Assembly: GCA_051745065.1 (NCBI GenBank)
Contig: JBNJDQ010000001.1
Span: 4,816-68,815, forward strand
Length of the DNA stretch: 64,000 bases
Origin: Fibrobacterota bacterium
GTDB lineage: Bacteria > Fibrobacterota > Chitinivibrionia > Chitinivibrionales > Chitinivibrionaceae
Direction: 5' to 3'
The first letter of the stretch is position 1; every line of letters starts with the position of its first letter. A program made the position numbers and the translations under genes. Under the pieces are notes generated by a model that was given only the letters and a program-made list of their open reading frames with translations, had not been told where the DNA came from and searched no databases. This document shows, piece after piece, positions 18,637 through 28,078 of this stretch.

Positions 18637-19596
18637 CTACTCAAGAACACGATCAACGGACATGAGGTCCTCTTCGTCAATATCGAAGAACTTACGCGCA
18701 TCAGGACCGTTTACAACAGTCTTGACAGAAAGAGGCGGCTGCGTCTCGCCATTGCGAAAGACCTTCCAGTCATTGTACATAATATCGTAGATAAGATTTG
18801 CCGCCTGATTCCCCAAGGCTATATTGTCAGGGACCACAGCATAATTTCCAAAATGGAACTTCGGATTCACCAGGGATTCCACACCAACAATCACCGGCAG
18901 TTTATTCTTCTGCACAAAGGGAATCCACTCGTTAACAATAAGTTTCTGCGAAAGAAGAACGTTATCATTGGCAACCCACAGGGCATCGATATCACGTTTC
19001 CTCAAAGAATTTAATGCATCGCCCACTTCCTCTGCATCGGAAACCACCTCCGTCGCAAGATCTATTCCTTCACTGTTACAGAAGGCGCGGTTTTCTTTCA
19101 CAAAATCATTCAGATACGAACGGTGGACAATCCCGATTTTCTTGATATCCACACTGAAAACACTGCGCAGACCAACAGCACTGGTTACAATGGGGATTTC
19201 ATATTCAATGGCGGCACAATTCTTCATACCGTCAATATACCCATCAACAGAAGCGGCCATAAGGCTTACGGAAGGCACATACGTATCCACATCCAGGGAC
19301 TTCTGATACGAACGATACGCATCGATCTGCGTATTATTCATAAGGACAACCACCTTGGGGCCAACATTTTCCATGAGGCTTGCTATGGCATCCTTTGTAT
19401 TTTCCTCAAGAACGGTATCAACAATGGTAAACACCGCATCCAACTCGTACCGAAGTCCTGTAACAACTTCCTGAAAATCATCGCCGGCACTGCGAATAAT
19501 CAACAGACTCTTTTCCTCCGATTCTTCCGCCGCAACAGAAATGCTGCTCAGAATTACGAGAAAAAACACAATATATTTCTTAAGTATTACTTCCAT
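18637..19596 (-). CDS. Exported ABC substrate-binding-like protein (ABC_sub_bind type)
   Basis: Signal peptide (ISVA-AEE); C-terminal IDALWVANDN...LPVIVG...ALGNQAA pattern typical of ABC_sub_bind proteins. Confidence 0.6.
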   Translation of the reverse strand: MEVILKKYIVFFLVILSSISVAAEESEEKSLLIIRSAGDDFQEVVTGLRYELDAVFTIVDTVLEENTKDAIASLMENVGPKVVVLMNNTQIDAYRSYQKSLDVDTYVPSVSLMAASVDGYIDGMKNCAAIEYEIPIVTSAVGLRSVFSVDIKKIGIVHRSYLNDFVKENRAFCNSEGIDLATEVVSDAEEVGDALNSLRKRDIDALWVANDNVLLSQKLIVNEWIPFVQKNKLPVIVGVESLVNPKFHFGNYAVVPDNIALGNQAANLIYDIMYNDWKVFRNGETQPPLSVKTVVNGPDARKFFDIDEEDLMSVDRVLE

Positions 19597-20294
19597 TCTA
19601 CTCCCCCTAAGATATAATCAGGCAGTTTTTTACTGATAACTTTCGCTGCCTCAAGGCTTGCCGACGCATCCCCTCCCTTGCTTACAACCTGGGCCACAGC
19701 CCCTTTCTCAGAAAGAGTGGTAACGGCAAATGACTGATTTGACTTACCCTGGAAATACGCAACACGGGCCTTGGGAATAAGCACAGCCTGAGCCATACGA
19801 AAGGACAGAAGGGGCAGCAGGTCATCGATTTTCGTAACGTGCTTCACACGCACTTTTTTACCGACAAACCCTTTCACATATTCATTCATTTCATTACGTC
19901 CCATAATATCCACAACACCAATTACAGAAGCCTCGGTAAGATCAGCCGGTGTGACCGCCTCTCCGATGGACAAAAGAACATATTCGATCTTTTCTGCACC
20001 ATCCTTTTGGGCTGATGCCACGGTGGAATACCCCTGGGACTTAAGGGTGCGGGCGGTTTCAGTGGGACATAACAATGCTTCCGGTTCATCGGCCTTTACC
20101 TTAAGAGCAAAATCCCGGTACTTTCCGAAAACCGTAACGTCCACATCACTTATTTCCCCCTGCACCATCTGCTGTACCACATTGGAACGAATCGGCGAGG
20201 GATAGAACATATAAAGGCTTTCTCCGCCGAAGGAGGCAGCTGACATGACTGCCACAAGAAGCAGAGCGCACATAGTCACGTTTTTTTTCAACAC
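19587..20294 (-). CDS. Exported periplasmic-binding-fold-like protein of unknown ligand
   Basis: Signal peptide (LLVAVMSAASFG); alternating beta/alpha pattern; stop overlaps the next gene. Confidence 0.5.
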   Translation of the reverse strand: MLKKNVTMCALLLVAVMSAASFGGESLYMFYPSPIRSNVVQQMVQGEISDVDVTVFGKYRDFALKVKADEPEALLCPTETARTLKSQGYSTVASAQKDGAEKIEYVLLSIGEAVTPADLTEASVIGVVDIMGRNEMNEYVKGFVGKKVRVKHVTKIDDLLPLLSFRMAQAVLIPKARVAYFQGKSNQSFAVTTLSEKGAVAQVVSKGGDASASLEAAKVISKKLPDYILGGVEWK

Positions 20295-20331
20295 AACTTC
20301 TCCATATTGTTTTTAAAGAAGAATAATTCTC

Positions 20332-20712
20332 TTATTCGAACACTTCATTAAGCGTCGCCTTAAAGTCGGTCACAAAATCCGCATCCTTGAGCTTCAGAGG
20401 TTTTTCAACATACCCCGAAGCACCATTTGCCATGCACTCCAGCATAGCATCTCCACGCACAGCAGAAATCATCAGTATTTTTGCATCGGGATCCTTCTCA
20501 ATGATTTCCTCCATTGCATCCTGTCCGTCTTTACCCGGCATTGTAATGTCAAGAGTAATAAGATCGGGCTTATGCTCTTCATAGAGAGTAACGGCTTCCT
20601 CACCGTCATGCCCGATAGCAACAACTTCGTAGCCCATTTCTTTTTCCAGAAACTTCTTGATCTGTTTTGTCAGAAATTTTGAATCATCAACAACCACAAC
20701 TCGTTTTGACAT
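20332..20712 (-). CDS. cheY: Single-domain response regulator (CheY-like)
   Basis: VVVDDS, ITLDITMPGKDG, MISAV, YVEKP; all REC residues intact. Confidence 0.8.
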   Translation of the reverse strand: MSKRVVVVDDSKFLTKQIKKFLEKEMGYEVVAIGHDGEEAVTLYEEHKPDLITLDITMPGKDGQDAMEEIIEKDPDAKILMISAVRGDAMLECMANGASGYVEKPLKLKDADFVTDFKATLNEVFE

Positions 20713-20743
20713 AGTCAGCTCCTCACTAAATCTTTCAGCTCTT

Positions 20744-21220
20744 TCATATATTAAGAAGGGTCATAAAGCCGCGAATCGCAAAGCCGACCCTGATATACAC
20801 GTCATCCTCTGTGACAACACTGCCACTGACCGCTGCAGCACGGGGGAAAAAAGTCCTGTCCGCAGCGTACATGGGTATCGCCTGGGAAAGTATGCCGATT
20901 TTCTCCTTCACCCGGTCCTGGTCCATGAGCATGCCGCAGTAGGTATTGGCAATCTCCCCGAAGATATCCACGACCTCTTCATGGGTATCCGCATACTGAT
21001 GCGCCCCCTGATCACCAACGGCAATCATAATCACCCCCTGATAGTCAGAGTTGGAACAGCCGAGGGTAATAATATGATCATACATCCCCGTCAGGCGCTC
21101 TTTTACCTCCCAGTCATCGGCAATACTGCAATCCACCATGAGCAAACTGCTGATGGTCCTGGATGCTGCAAGACTTATGTCATCCCTGATTTCAGAAAGA
21201 GTATCTTCCATTTCCGCCAT
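20744..21220 (-). CDS. cheX: CheX-like phosphatase
   Basis: E-x-x-N motif (FGEIAN) and a CheX-like C-terminus (LSQAIP...IRVGF). Confidence 0.7.
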   Translation of the reverse strand: MAEMEDTLSEIRDDISLAASRTISSLLMVDCSIADDWEVKERLTGMYDHIITLGCSNSDYQGVIMIAVGDQGAHQYADTHEEVVDIFGEIANTYCGMLMDQDRVKEKIGILSQAIPMYAADRTFFPRAAAVSGSVVTEDDVYIRVGFAIRGFMTLLNI

Positions 21221-21242
21221 ATCCTACGCCCCTTATCTTCGG

Positions 21243-23654
21243 CTATCTCGGCAGACTTATAATAAAAGTCGTACCAAGATTCACCTGTGATTTTATATCT
21301 ATAGTTCCATTCTGCTTATCGATATTCTCCCTCACGACATCAAGACCAACGCCGCGCCCCGCAACATCACTGAGGCTGGCAGCCGTGGAAAAACCGCTCT
21401 CAAAAAGGAACATAAAAACATCTGAGTCACTCATCTTCTCACCGTCTTCAGCGGATACAAGACCTTTTTCCACGGCTTTAGCGAGAACTGCCTCACGGTC
21501 GATACCGGCACCGTCATCAGAAACGGTAAAGATCCGCTTTTCATCATCAAAATCCACGGAAAACACTATCTTTCCGGCCCCTTTGTTCTTTTCTTCGCGA
21601 AGGTTCGCATTCTCAATCCCATGGGCAACAGCGTTGCGCACCACATGAATCAGAGACTCATCAACCCCCTGAAAAATATCGTTGGGGACGAGCTTGTTTT
21701 CATCCGCAAAAATAAACTCCACGTCCTTCTTCAGCGACCGGGCCGCTTTCATGACAGCCTTCTGATACTTGCGCCCCTGTGAAGCAAAGGGCTTCCAGGA
21801 AAGCATCTGAACCGTATCTGCCAGCTTTGCGGCAATCTTTTCGTCTTTATGCTCATGCCACAGCTCCCTGCTCAGGTGCTGAATATACTCAACGCGCTCT
21901 GCAGGAACACTTACGTACACGGCATCCTTAGAACCGTTTATCATCTTGATTTTTTCATCAATGAGGGAATACTCTTTCCCAATAGACTCGATCAGCGTCA
22001 TAAGCGAGGAGAGAGTATCACTTCGGCGAACAGAAACGGGCGTCTTAAGCTCTTCAAGACGATCCTCTGCCTCATGGGCATACCGTGAAAACAGATCAAA
22101 ACCATAGGAGCCTCCATTCCCCTTAAGCGTATGAAGATCACGGTACAGAGACTGTACATCTTCCGGTGGAATACGGTACTGAGCATCCTGGTCGGGGTAT
22201 TCTTCACGCTCTTTGCGCACTCCGTCAAGATGGGCTTTTACCTTTTCCCTCAGAGCTTCAATACGGGTTTTGCTGTCCTTCATAAAATCAAGAATCTCCT
22301 CCTCCGGAGTGTGAGCAACACCGAGGATCGTTTTCATCTCGTTCTCATGCTGAAGCCGTTCCTTTTCCATCTGCATTTCACGCTCACGGGCTTCAGTTAC
22401 ATCCTTGGCAAGAATCATCAGCTTGGAAAGTCCGCCATCTTTATCAAATATCTTCTGATACGATATATTAACAAATTTTTCCTTCGTTGTATCGTCCTTC
22501 TCATCGGCCGCAGCTTCAAACTCAAGCTCATGAACCGGCGCAAGTTTTTCGATCTTTCTCCACCGCTGTTTTGTATGCATCTTTTTCACCAGGTTCACCC
22601 AGGTTTCAAACCGCTTTTTACCGGCATTATCAAGACGCAGCAGAGAATACACGTCTTCATCAGCAACATCTTCAACATTGAGAATATCATTGGACTTAAG
22701 GGAATACTCTTTACCCACAGTGCCGTCAAAATTGACCGTTACAAGCCCCTGATCAATATTGTTGAGAATATCCTTTACCTGGCGCATCTTTTCGTCAATA
22801 AGCTCCTGTAAGTGCTCAGTGTACTTCTTGATGGTTTGACGCATGTCATCAAAGGTATCCGACAACATACCAACTTCGTCGTTGCTCTGACTCTTCACCT
22901 CGACATTGTAATTCCCGTCGGAAATGACCCGGGCCGACTCCACAAGATCGATAATGGGGGAACTGATTTTTACAGCTATGGGAGACAGAACAAAATAGGC
23001 CAGGGCAAAGGCACCGATCATGAGAATTGCAAGGAGCAGAATCATCATTCGAATTTCGCGCGCAGCCTCTGCTTCAGCCTGGGCAATTGCACTTCTGAGA
23101 GGTTCCGCAGAAAGGGTGTATCGAATATAGCCGAGGGTGGCATCTGTTGTCGGATCAACTACGGGGGCGGCAAATTCAAATACATCAATGGAATCAAGTT
23201 CCTGTCCGGCTGTGTAGGCGGTATCAACAACATCAACCTTATTGGCTTCAAACCAGGAAACCACCCACTGCGACAGGCCATCCTCAAGGGGGTCATAGCC
23301 GACATCCGTCTTTTTTCCGGCCACGGCATAGGCCATTGGTATTCTGCCTGAGTTCATGCAAATACCACGCACAATACTGGAATCACCGTTCACCGTCGCT
23401 GCGACAAGATCCTTGATAGCAGTAAATGAGTTATCTGCAATCATTCCCCGCAGGGCGGTGCTGTTATTCTTTGCAAGGATCTGCCCCTTGGCCTTGATAT
23501 TTGCAATTATCTCCTCTTTGTTGTTTTCCAGGGCACGCTGATTGCGCGTAATATTCTGAAAAAGAAGGACTGCAAAAATAACAACGAAAATCACAGCTAT
23601 CATCAGCATAACGCTTCTGATAATCTTCTGCTTAATTCCGACAAATTTACTCAT
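21243..23654 (-). CDS. Membrane-bound CheA-like histidine kinase: TM-periplasmic-TM-HAMP-PAS-Hpt-HATPase, no CheW domain
   Basis: Two TM helices, HAMP (SNDEVGMLSDTFDDM), PAS-like (ILNNIDQGLVTV), Hpt (YRDLHTLKGNG), CheA-type HATPase (HVVRNAVAHGIE, GFSTA, GRGVGLDVV), ending at ISLPR. Confidence 0.85.
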   Translation of the reverse strand: MSKFVGIKQKIIRSVMLMIAVIFVVIFAVLLFQNITRNQRALENNKEEIIANIKAKGQILAKNNSTALRGMIADNSFTAIKDLVAATVNGDSSIVRGICMNSGRIPMAYAVAGKKTDVGYDPLEDGLSQWVVSWFEANKVDVVDTAYTAGQELDSIDVFEFAAPVVDPTTDATLGYIRYTLSAEPLRSAIAQAEAEAAREIRMMILLLAILMIGAFALAYFVLSPIAVKISSPIIDLVESARVISDGNYNVEVKSQSNDEVGMLSDTFDDMRQTIKKYTEHLQELIDEKMRQVKDILNNIDQGLVTVNFDGTVGKEYSLKSNDILNVEDVADEDVYSLLRLDNAGKKRFETWVNLVKKMHTKQRWRKIEKLAPVHELEFEAAADEKDDTTKEKFVNISYQKIFDKDGGLSKLMILAKDVTEAREREMQMEKERLQHENEMKTILGVAHTPEEEILDFMKDSKTRIEALREKVKAHLDGVRKEREEYPDQDAQYRIPPEDVQSLYRDLHTLKGNGGSYGFDLFSRYAHEAEDRLEELKTPVSVRRSDTLSSLMTLIESIGKEYSLIDEKIKMINGSKDAVYVSVPAERVEYIQHLSRELWHEHKDEKIAAKLADTVQMLSWKPFASQGRKYQKAVMKAARSLKKDVEFIFADENKLVPNDIFQGVDESLIHVVRNAVAHGIENANLREEKNKGAGKIVFSVDFDDEKRIFTVSDDGAGIDREAVLAKAVEKGLVSAEDGEKMSDSDVFMFLFESGFSTAASLSDVAGRGVGLDVVRENIDKQNGTIDIKSQVNLGTTFIISLPR

Positions 23655-23728
23655 AGTTTCATCTCCGACAATACAGCTGTCCATAGGGTATGTTCTATTT
23701 TACATTAGTTTCAATGAAATTCAACAAG

Positions 23729-26700
23729 TTATTTGTTTTTCCCGCAATTCTCCTTCAGTCTCTTAAGCACCGCGTTATCGGGGAATTTTTTCAGCCCTCT
23801 CTGAATCCACCGCTGCGCCTTCTCACAGCCTTCGTGTGTTTGAATCAGCTCCGCCAGATTAATATACCCTTCGGCAACATCTCCGCCAAAACGAACAGCA
23901 TGCCTGAAAGCATCAATCGCATTTTCGTAATCTCCGCGGTCCAGATAAATCACCCCGAGATTATTCCACGCATGGCGATGACGCCGGTCTGCATCAAGAA
24001 CCGCCCGATACACCCCTTCCGCCCGCTCTGTTTCTCCCTGGCGATGCAGGGATACTCCATGGTTGTACAAACTGTCCACATCTGAGGACCCTGAATCAGA
24101 TTCAAGCGAGTCCTCCCGGGAATGGACATTCACACGCCTGGTGTACCAATCTTCAATCTCCCTGTTTTTCAGGTGGGGATCATCTGAAACAGCAAGCTGA
24201 TAATAGTGGTACGCATTGTCCGGTTCATTCAGATGATAACAGGCAACAGCACAGTTATAGGCATCCCGCGCAGCCCTGCTCAGACGGTACGCTTCGGAAA
24301 ACCAGGTAAAAACCCCGTTCCAGTCTTCTTTTTTCACCGCGCAGTTTCCCGCAAGACGCAGTACATCAACCCGCCTGCTTCCCGAATACTGCGACAACCA
24401 GGTCGACGCTTTCTGCAGAAGTTCATCACAGCGCGAAAGCTCATACAGCAAATACATATGCGTATAACCGCCCTCTGCACCGGAACCATCCGTAAGAGCA
24501 AGGGCCCGCTTGTAATCGCCGCGTGCGGCATACACCCTGCTCTGGATGTGGGAAAGCCCCTCGCAGAGCGAATCTCCGGCCCGGGCAGAATCAAGATATT
24601 CCTGCGCTTTAGAGATATCGTCAAGCTCCAGATATGAGCGGGCAAGCGCCCGGTATACGGCGCAATCCATGGGCGTGACCTGACGTAACCACTGCACAGC
24701 CTTTTTATAGTCATCACGGTTGAGAGCATGTGTACCGTAGAGATAGGGGAATTCGCCCTCCTGAGACTGCAGCAGAGAAACGAGGGAATCCTCTTTCCCG
24801 GGCTCACCGCGCCTGCGGGCCAGATAGGCACGCCCTGCCAAAGCCGCCTGAACGAGAGAATCAGGGGCCGACGCCTTCTCTTCAACCAGGGCATAAAGAC
24901 GGCGGGCCCTGGAGAGGTCCCCTCCCCGTCGGGCAAGATCAGCCAGGTGCAGAGCGACATCACGGCGCGAACTGTCCCGGGAAAGAGCGGAATCATACAA
25001 TGCTTCTGCCACTTCACTGCGACCGGAACGCTCATTAATCACTGCCAGATTGGAGAACACCCAGGGATTATCCGTGCCCTCCCCGGCCAGATCTTTCCAC
25101 AGCTGCTGTGCCCGGGCGGTATCGCCCACTTCACTTGCCGCAAAAGCCAGAACAAAGCGAAGAGAACGGGCGGTGTCGTTGACCTGATAGGCCCGCTCAA
25201 GAAGGCGCAATGCCTGGTGCCTGCGTTGCAGGCGAAGATAGGAAAAGCCCGCAGCGTAGAGCGCCTTCCAGTCATCCCGCACCAGTCCGCCGTGAGTTTC
25301 ATACAGAGAAGCAGTCACTTCAAAAAACTGTCCTTTCGTCATATCATACAGCACATCTCCCACAACGGATGAGCCTGCACGGGAAATAAATTCACTGCTC
25401 ATTCTGTACAGAGCATCACGGGCATTGCTTCGCTTTAAAACACCGGCGAGGAGGCGGTACTCCTCTATGCTCTGCGGATCCACGACAGCAGCCTTTTTTG
25501 CAGCATCTTCGTGATGGCCTGACCGATGAAGAAGATAGATATATCGGAGACTGTCCCTGCGTTCAGCCGCGGGACGCTGCAGGCGCGCGGCTGTCTCGTC
25601 AAGCAGATCACCGGCGGAGGAATCCGTCTCCCCCCGAAGCAATTCAAAACGGGCTGCATAATGAGATGAATCCCGGGCAAGGGCTTTTTTAAACTGCAAC
25701 CGTGCCTCTTCTTCTTTGCCCATTTCCCGATAGATAATTCCAAGAAGGGTGTAATACGAGGGCCTGGTTTCGTAAAAAAGGGCAGAGCGAATTGCATCGA
25801 GGGCATCCCTTTGATCCCCCCGCTCTTTTGCTGCAACAGCCCTGGTATACCAATACACCCCGTCCCGCTCCTTTTCGGGAACCGTATTCAGAACATTCCC
25901 GGCGGAATCATACTTATCCTGTTGAAGATATCGCCCTGCAAGAACAGTGCGCAAAGAACTGTAGCGATCCTGCGATGCCCACCGGCGCAGCCATTCAATG
26001 TAGGCGGAATCATCACTCTGTTGGGAATAGGCATAGGAGATGTTGTGAATCAGGGATGGAGGAGCAGTACTGTCACAGTATTTACCCAGGGAAACCGCTT
26101 TTTCATACTGTTCCTGCTCTGTATAGATATGGACAAGATAATCCAGTACAGACTGATCATAATAGTATTCCTCCTTCGCCAGCAGGGTCAGCGCACTGTC
26201 GCGGTCTCCCTGCAGAGCAAAGAGCTTCCCCCGCAGAACCTGCCCCTCACGAAAAGGAGTATCCTCAAGCACGGATATCGCTCCGGCAGTATCCGTATTT
26301 TTAAGCAGAGCAAAAACATATTCCTCCAGATATGTATAGGATAGCGGTTTTGATTCATGGAGCTTTCGAAAATGCTCCAGGTGCTTCTCATGGAGCCCAA
26401 GTTCAGCAGCGCTTCGGCCTGCCATGAGCCGGGCCTGGGCAAATCCGCTGTCCCGCAGCCGGAGAGCACGGGTAAAATAATCGTATGCCCGCTCATACGC
26501 CTTGACATCATATGCAGCATGGCCAAGATTATACCAGCTCAGTTCATAGGTGTTATCCCGCTGGAGAATACCGCGCCACACCGCCTCAGCACTGTCCCGT
26601 TTCCCCTGGCGATACAAGGCAAGGGCATAGTTGTTTTTTGCATCGTGGTACACCGGCAGCATGGCATCGGCCCGCAGAAATATCTCCTTCGCCCGTTCAA

Positions 26701-26881
26701 GATGCCCCTCCTCCAAAGCAGCAAGGCCAGAATCATTGACATCATAGGCGGCTTCGGTTTTACGCATCACCGCTGCAGTCATGGGGTCAGTCTCGGAGTA
26801 ATCAAGGGTTAGATCAAAGGTCTTTGCCCGGGAAAGAGAAAACAGCATTACCGCAAAGAAAAGTATTTTTCTCTTAGTCAA
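23729..26881 (-). CDS. Very large exported TPR-repeat protein (~1050 aa)
   Basis: Signal peptide and many TPRs (SWYNLG, YYTLLGIIY, AWNNLGVIY); probable TTG start at 26881 after a GGAGG RBS. Confidence 0.75.
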   Translation of the reverse strand: MTKRKILFFAVMLFSLSRAKTFDLTLDYSETDPMTAAVMRKTEAAYDVNDSGLAALEEGHLERAKEIFLRADAMLPVYHDAKNNYALALYRQGKRDSAEAVWRGILQRDNTYELSWYNLGHAAYDVKAYERAYDYFTRALRLRDSGFAQARLMAGRSAAELGLHEKHLEHFRKLHESKPLSYTYLEEYVFALLKNTDTAGAISVLEDTPFREGQVLRGKLFALQGDRDSALTLLAKEEYYYDQSVLDYLVHIYTEQEQYEKAVSLGKYCDSTAPPSLIHNISYAYSQQSDDSAYIEWLRRWASQDRYSSLRTVLAGRYLQQDKYDSAGNVLNTVPEKERDGVYWYTRAVAAKERGDQRDALDAIRSALFYETRPSYYTLLGIIYREMGKEEEARLQFKKALARDSSHYAARFELLRGETDSSAGDLLDETAARLQRPAAERRDSLRYIYLLHRSGHHEDAAKKAAVVDPQSIEEYRLLAGVLKRSNARDALYRMSSEFISRAGSSVVGDVLYDMTKGQFFEVTASLYETHGGLVRDDWKALYAAGFSYLRLQRRHQALRLLERAYQVNDTARSLRFVLAFAASEVGDTARAQQLWKDLAGEGTDNPWVFSNLAVINERSGRSEVAEALYDSALSRDSSRRDVALHLADLARRGGDLSRARRLYALVEEKASAPDSLVQAALAGRAYLARRRGEPGKEDSLVSLLQSQEGEFPYLYGTHALNRDDYKKAVQWLRQVTPMDCAVYRALARSYLELDDISKAQEYLDSARAGDSLCEGLSHIQSRVYAARGDYKRALALTDGSGAEGGYTHMYLLYELSRCDELLQKASTWLSQYSGSRRVDVLRLAGNCAVKKEDWNGVFTWFSEAYRLSRAARDAYNCAVACYHLNEPDNAYHYYQLAVSDDPHLKNREIEDWYTRRVNVHSREDSLESDSGSSDVDSLYNHGVSLHRQGETERAEGVYRAVLDADRRHRHAWNNLGVIYLDRGDYENAIDAFRHAVRFGGDVAEGYINLAELIQTHEGCEKAQRWIQRGLKKFPDNAVLKRLKENCGKNK

Positions 26882-27734
26882 AAAAGCCTCCAAGAACAAT
26901 ATTATCTATCAGGCGCACGCCGCTCTCACCCATGCGGCATGCCGTCGATACCAACGCACCTTCAGCAGGAACCTGATCCAGATCACGACACAGGCGATCC
27001 GTGATTGCAATGTATTCCGGGTGAATCAGAGGCTCTTCGCCATACAGGGCGCGGGCCTCTTCCAGCAAACAGTACGAACTGCGTTCCCCCTGACTCCACA
27101 CAGACTGAATTCTCTGCAATCCCCGATATATCAGCGGAGCAATGCGGTACTCCTTCTCCGTCAACAGGGAATTGCGCGAACTCAGGGCCAGGCCCCTGTC
27201 GTCACGAACAGTGGGAATGACCCGTATCCGTATGGGAAAATTCATATCCTGAACCATCTTTTTGATTACCAACACCTGCTGCGCATCCTTCTGTCCGAAA
27301 AAGGCACTGTCAGGCATGATACTGTTAAAGAGCTTTGCCACCACCGTTGTGACGCCATCAAAATGCCCCGGCCGGTGGGCTCCCTCAAGGCGTGTTGTCA
27401 GAATGCCGCATGAAAGGGTTGTATCAAAGGAGGATGGGTACAGAACATCAGTGGTCGGTGCAAAAAGGAGATCACACCCCCGATCAGCGAGGACCTGGGC
27501 ATCCTGCTCAAAGGTCCGCGGATATTTTTCAAAATCCCGGGTCTCATTAAACTGTATGGGGTTAATAAAAACGGAGGCGACACAAAAACCACCGTCTTCC
27601 CGGGCGGCATCAATCAAAGATAAATGACCTTCATGAAGAGCCCCCATGGTTGGAACAAAGGTTATTCTTTTTCCGGCGGCTCTCTGCGCATCCAGATGAA
27701 GACGAACGGATTCTATGGTTTCGCACTGCTCCAT
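26874..27734 (-). CDS. panC: Pantoate-beta-alanine ligase
   Basis: FVPTMGALHEGH, SVFINPIQF, RPGHFDGV, FFGQKDAQQ, LALSSRN and RLIDN motifs. Confidence 0.96.
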   Translation of the reverse strand: MEQCETIESVRLHLDAQRAAGKRITFVPTMGALHEGHLSLIDAAREDGGFCVASVFINPIQFNETRDFEKYPRTFEQDAQVLADRGCDLLFAPTTDVLYPSSFDTTLSCGILTTRLEGAHRPGHFDGVTTVVAKLFNSIMPDSAFFGQKDAQQVLVIKKMVQDMNFPIRIRVIPTVRDDRGLALSSRNSLLTEKEYRIAPLIYRGLQRIQSVWSQGERSSYCLLEEARALYGEEPLIHPEYIAITDRLCRDLDQVPAEGALVSTACRMGESGVRLIDNIVLGGFFD

Positions 27735-27763
27735 GAAAACTCCGGTTAAAAAGTAAATATAAT

Positions 27764-27787
27764 AAAAAAAGCCCGAATACGGGCTTT
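27764..27787 (-). terminator. Intrinsic terminator after the small 54-aa gene
   Basis: Minus strand AAAGCCCG-TATT-CGGGCTTTTTTT. Confidence 0.75.
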
Positions 27788-27828
27788 CATATTGGTGAAA
27801 CGAAAAAATAGGGATCCGCCTTACGTGA

Positions 27829-27993
27829 TCAGACCTTTGCCAAAAAGGCCTCCATCGTTTTTTCCGTATTCAGAAGAATTCTGAGATTCAGAATGTCATC
27901 ATGGGTAATAATGCGCTCCCGCTGTGGTTTTTTCTCTTCAGAAAACGTGTAGTATCTGACGTCATAGGGGGTTTCTCTTTTTTTATACCGCAT
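27829..27993 (-). CDS. Small protein (54 aa) absent from the ORF track: MRYKKRETPYDVRYYTFSEEKKPQRERIITHDDILNLRILLNTEKTMEAFLAKV
   Basis: Read by hand: ATG 27993 to TGA 27829, GGGAGG RBS, its own sigma70-like promoter and terminator. Confidence 0.8.
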   Translation of the reverse strand: MRYKKRETPYDVRYYTFSEEKKPQRERIITHDDILNLRILLNTEKTMEAFLAKV

Positions 27994-28032
27994 AGGGCCT
28001 CCCGGTTAATGGGCATTTTCCCGTCTGTTCTT

Positions 28033-28061
28033 ATTATAGTATATCGGTTTATCAATGGCAA
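28033..28061 (-). promoter_or_regulatory. Sigma70-type promoter for the small gene
   Basis: TTGCCA-17 nt-TATAAT on the minus strand. Confidence 0.7.
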
Positions 28062-28078
28062 TTATTATACCAAAAAGA

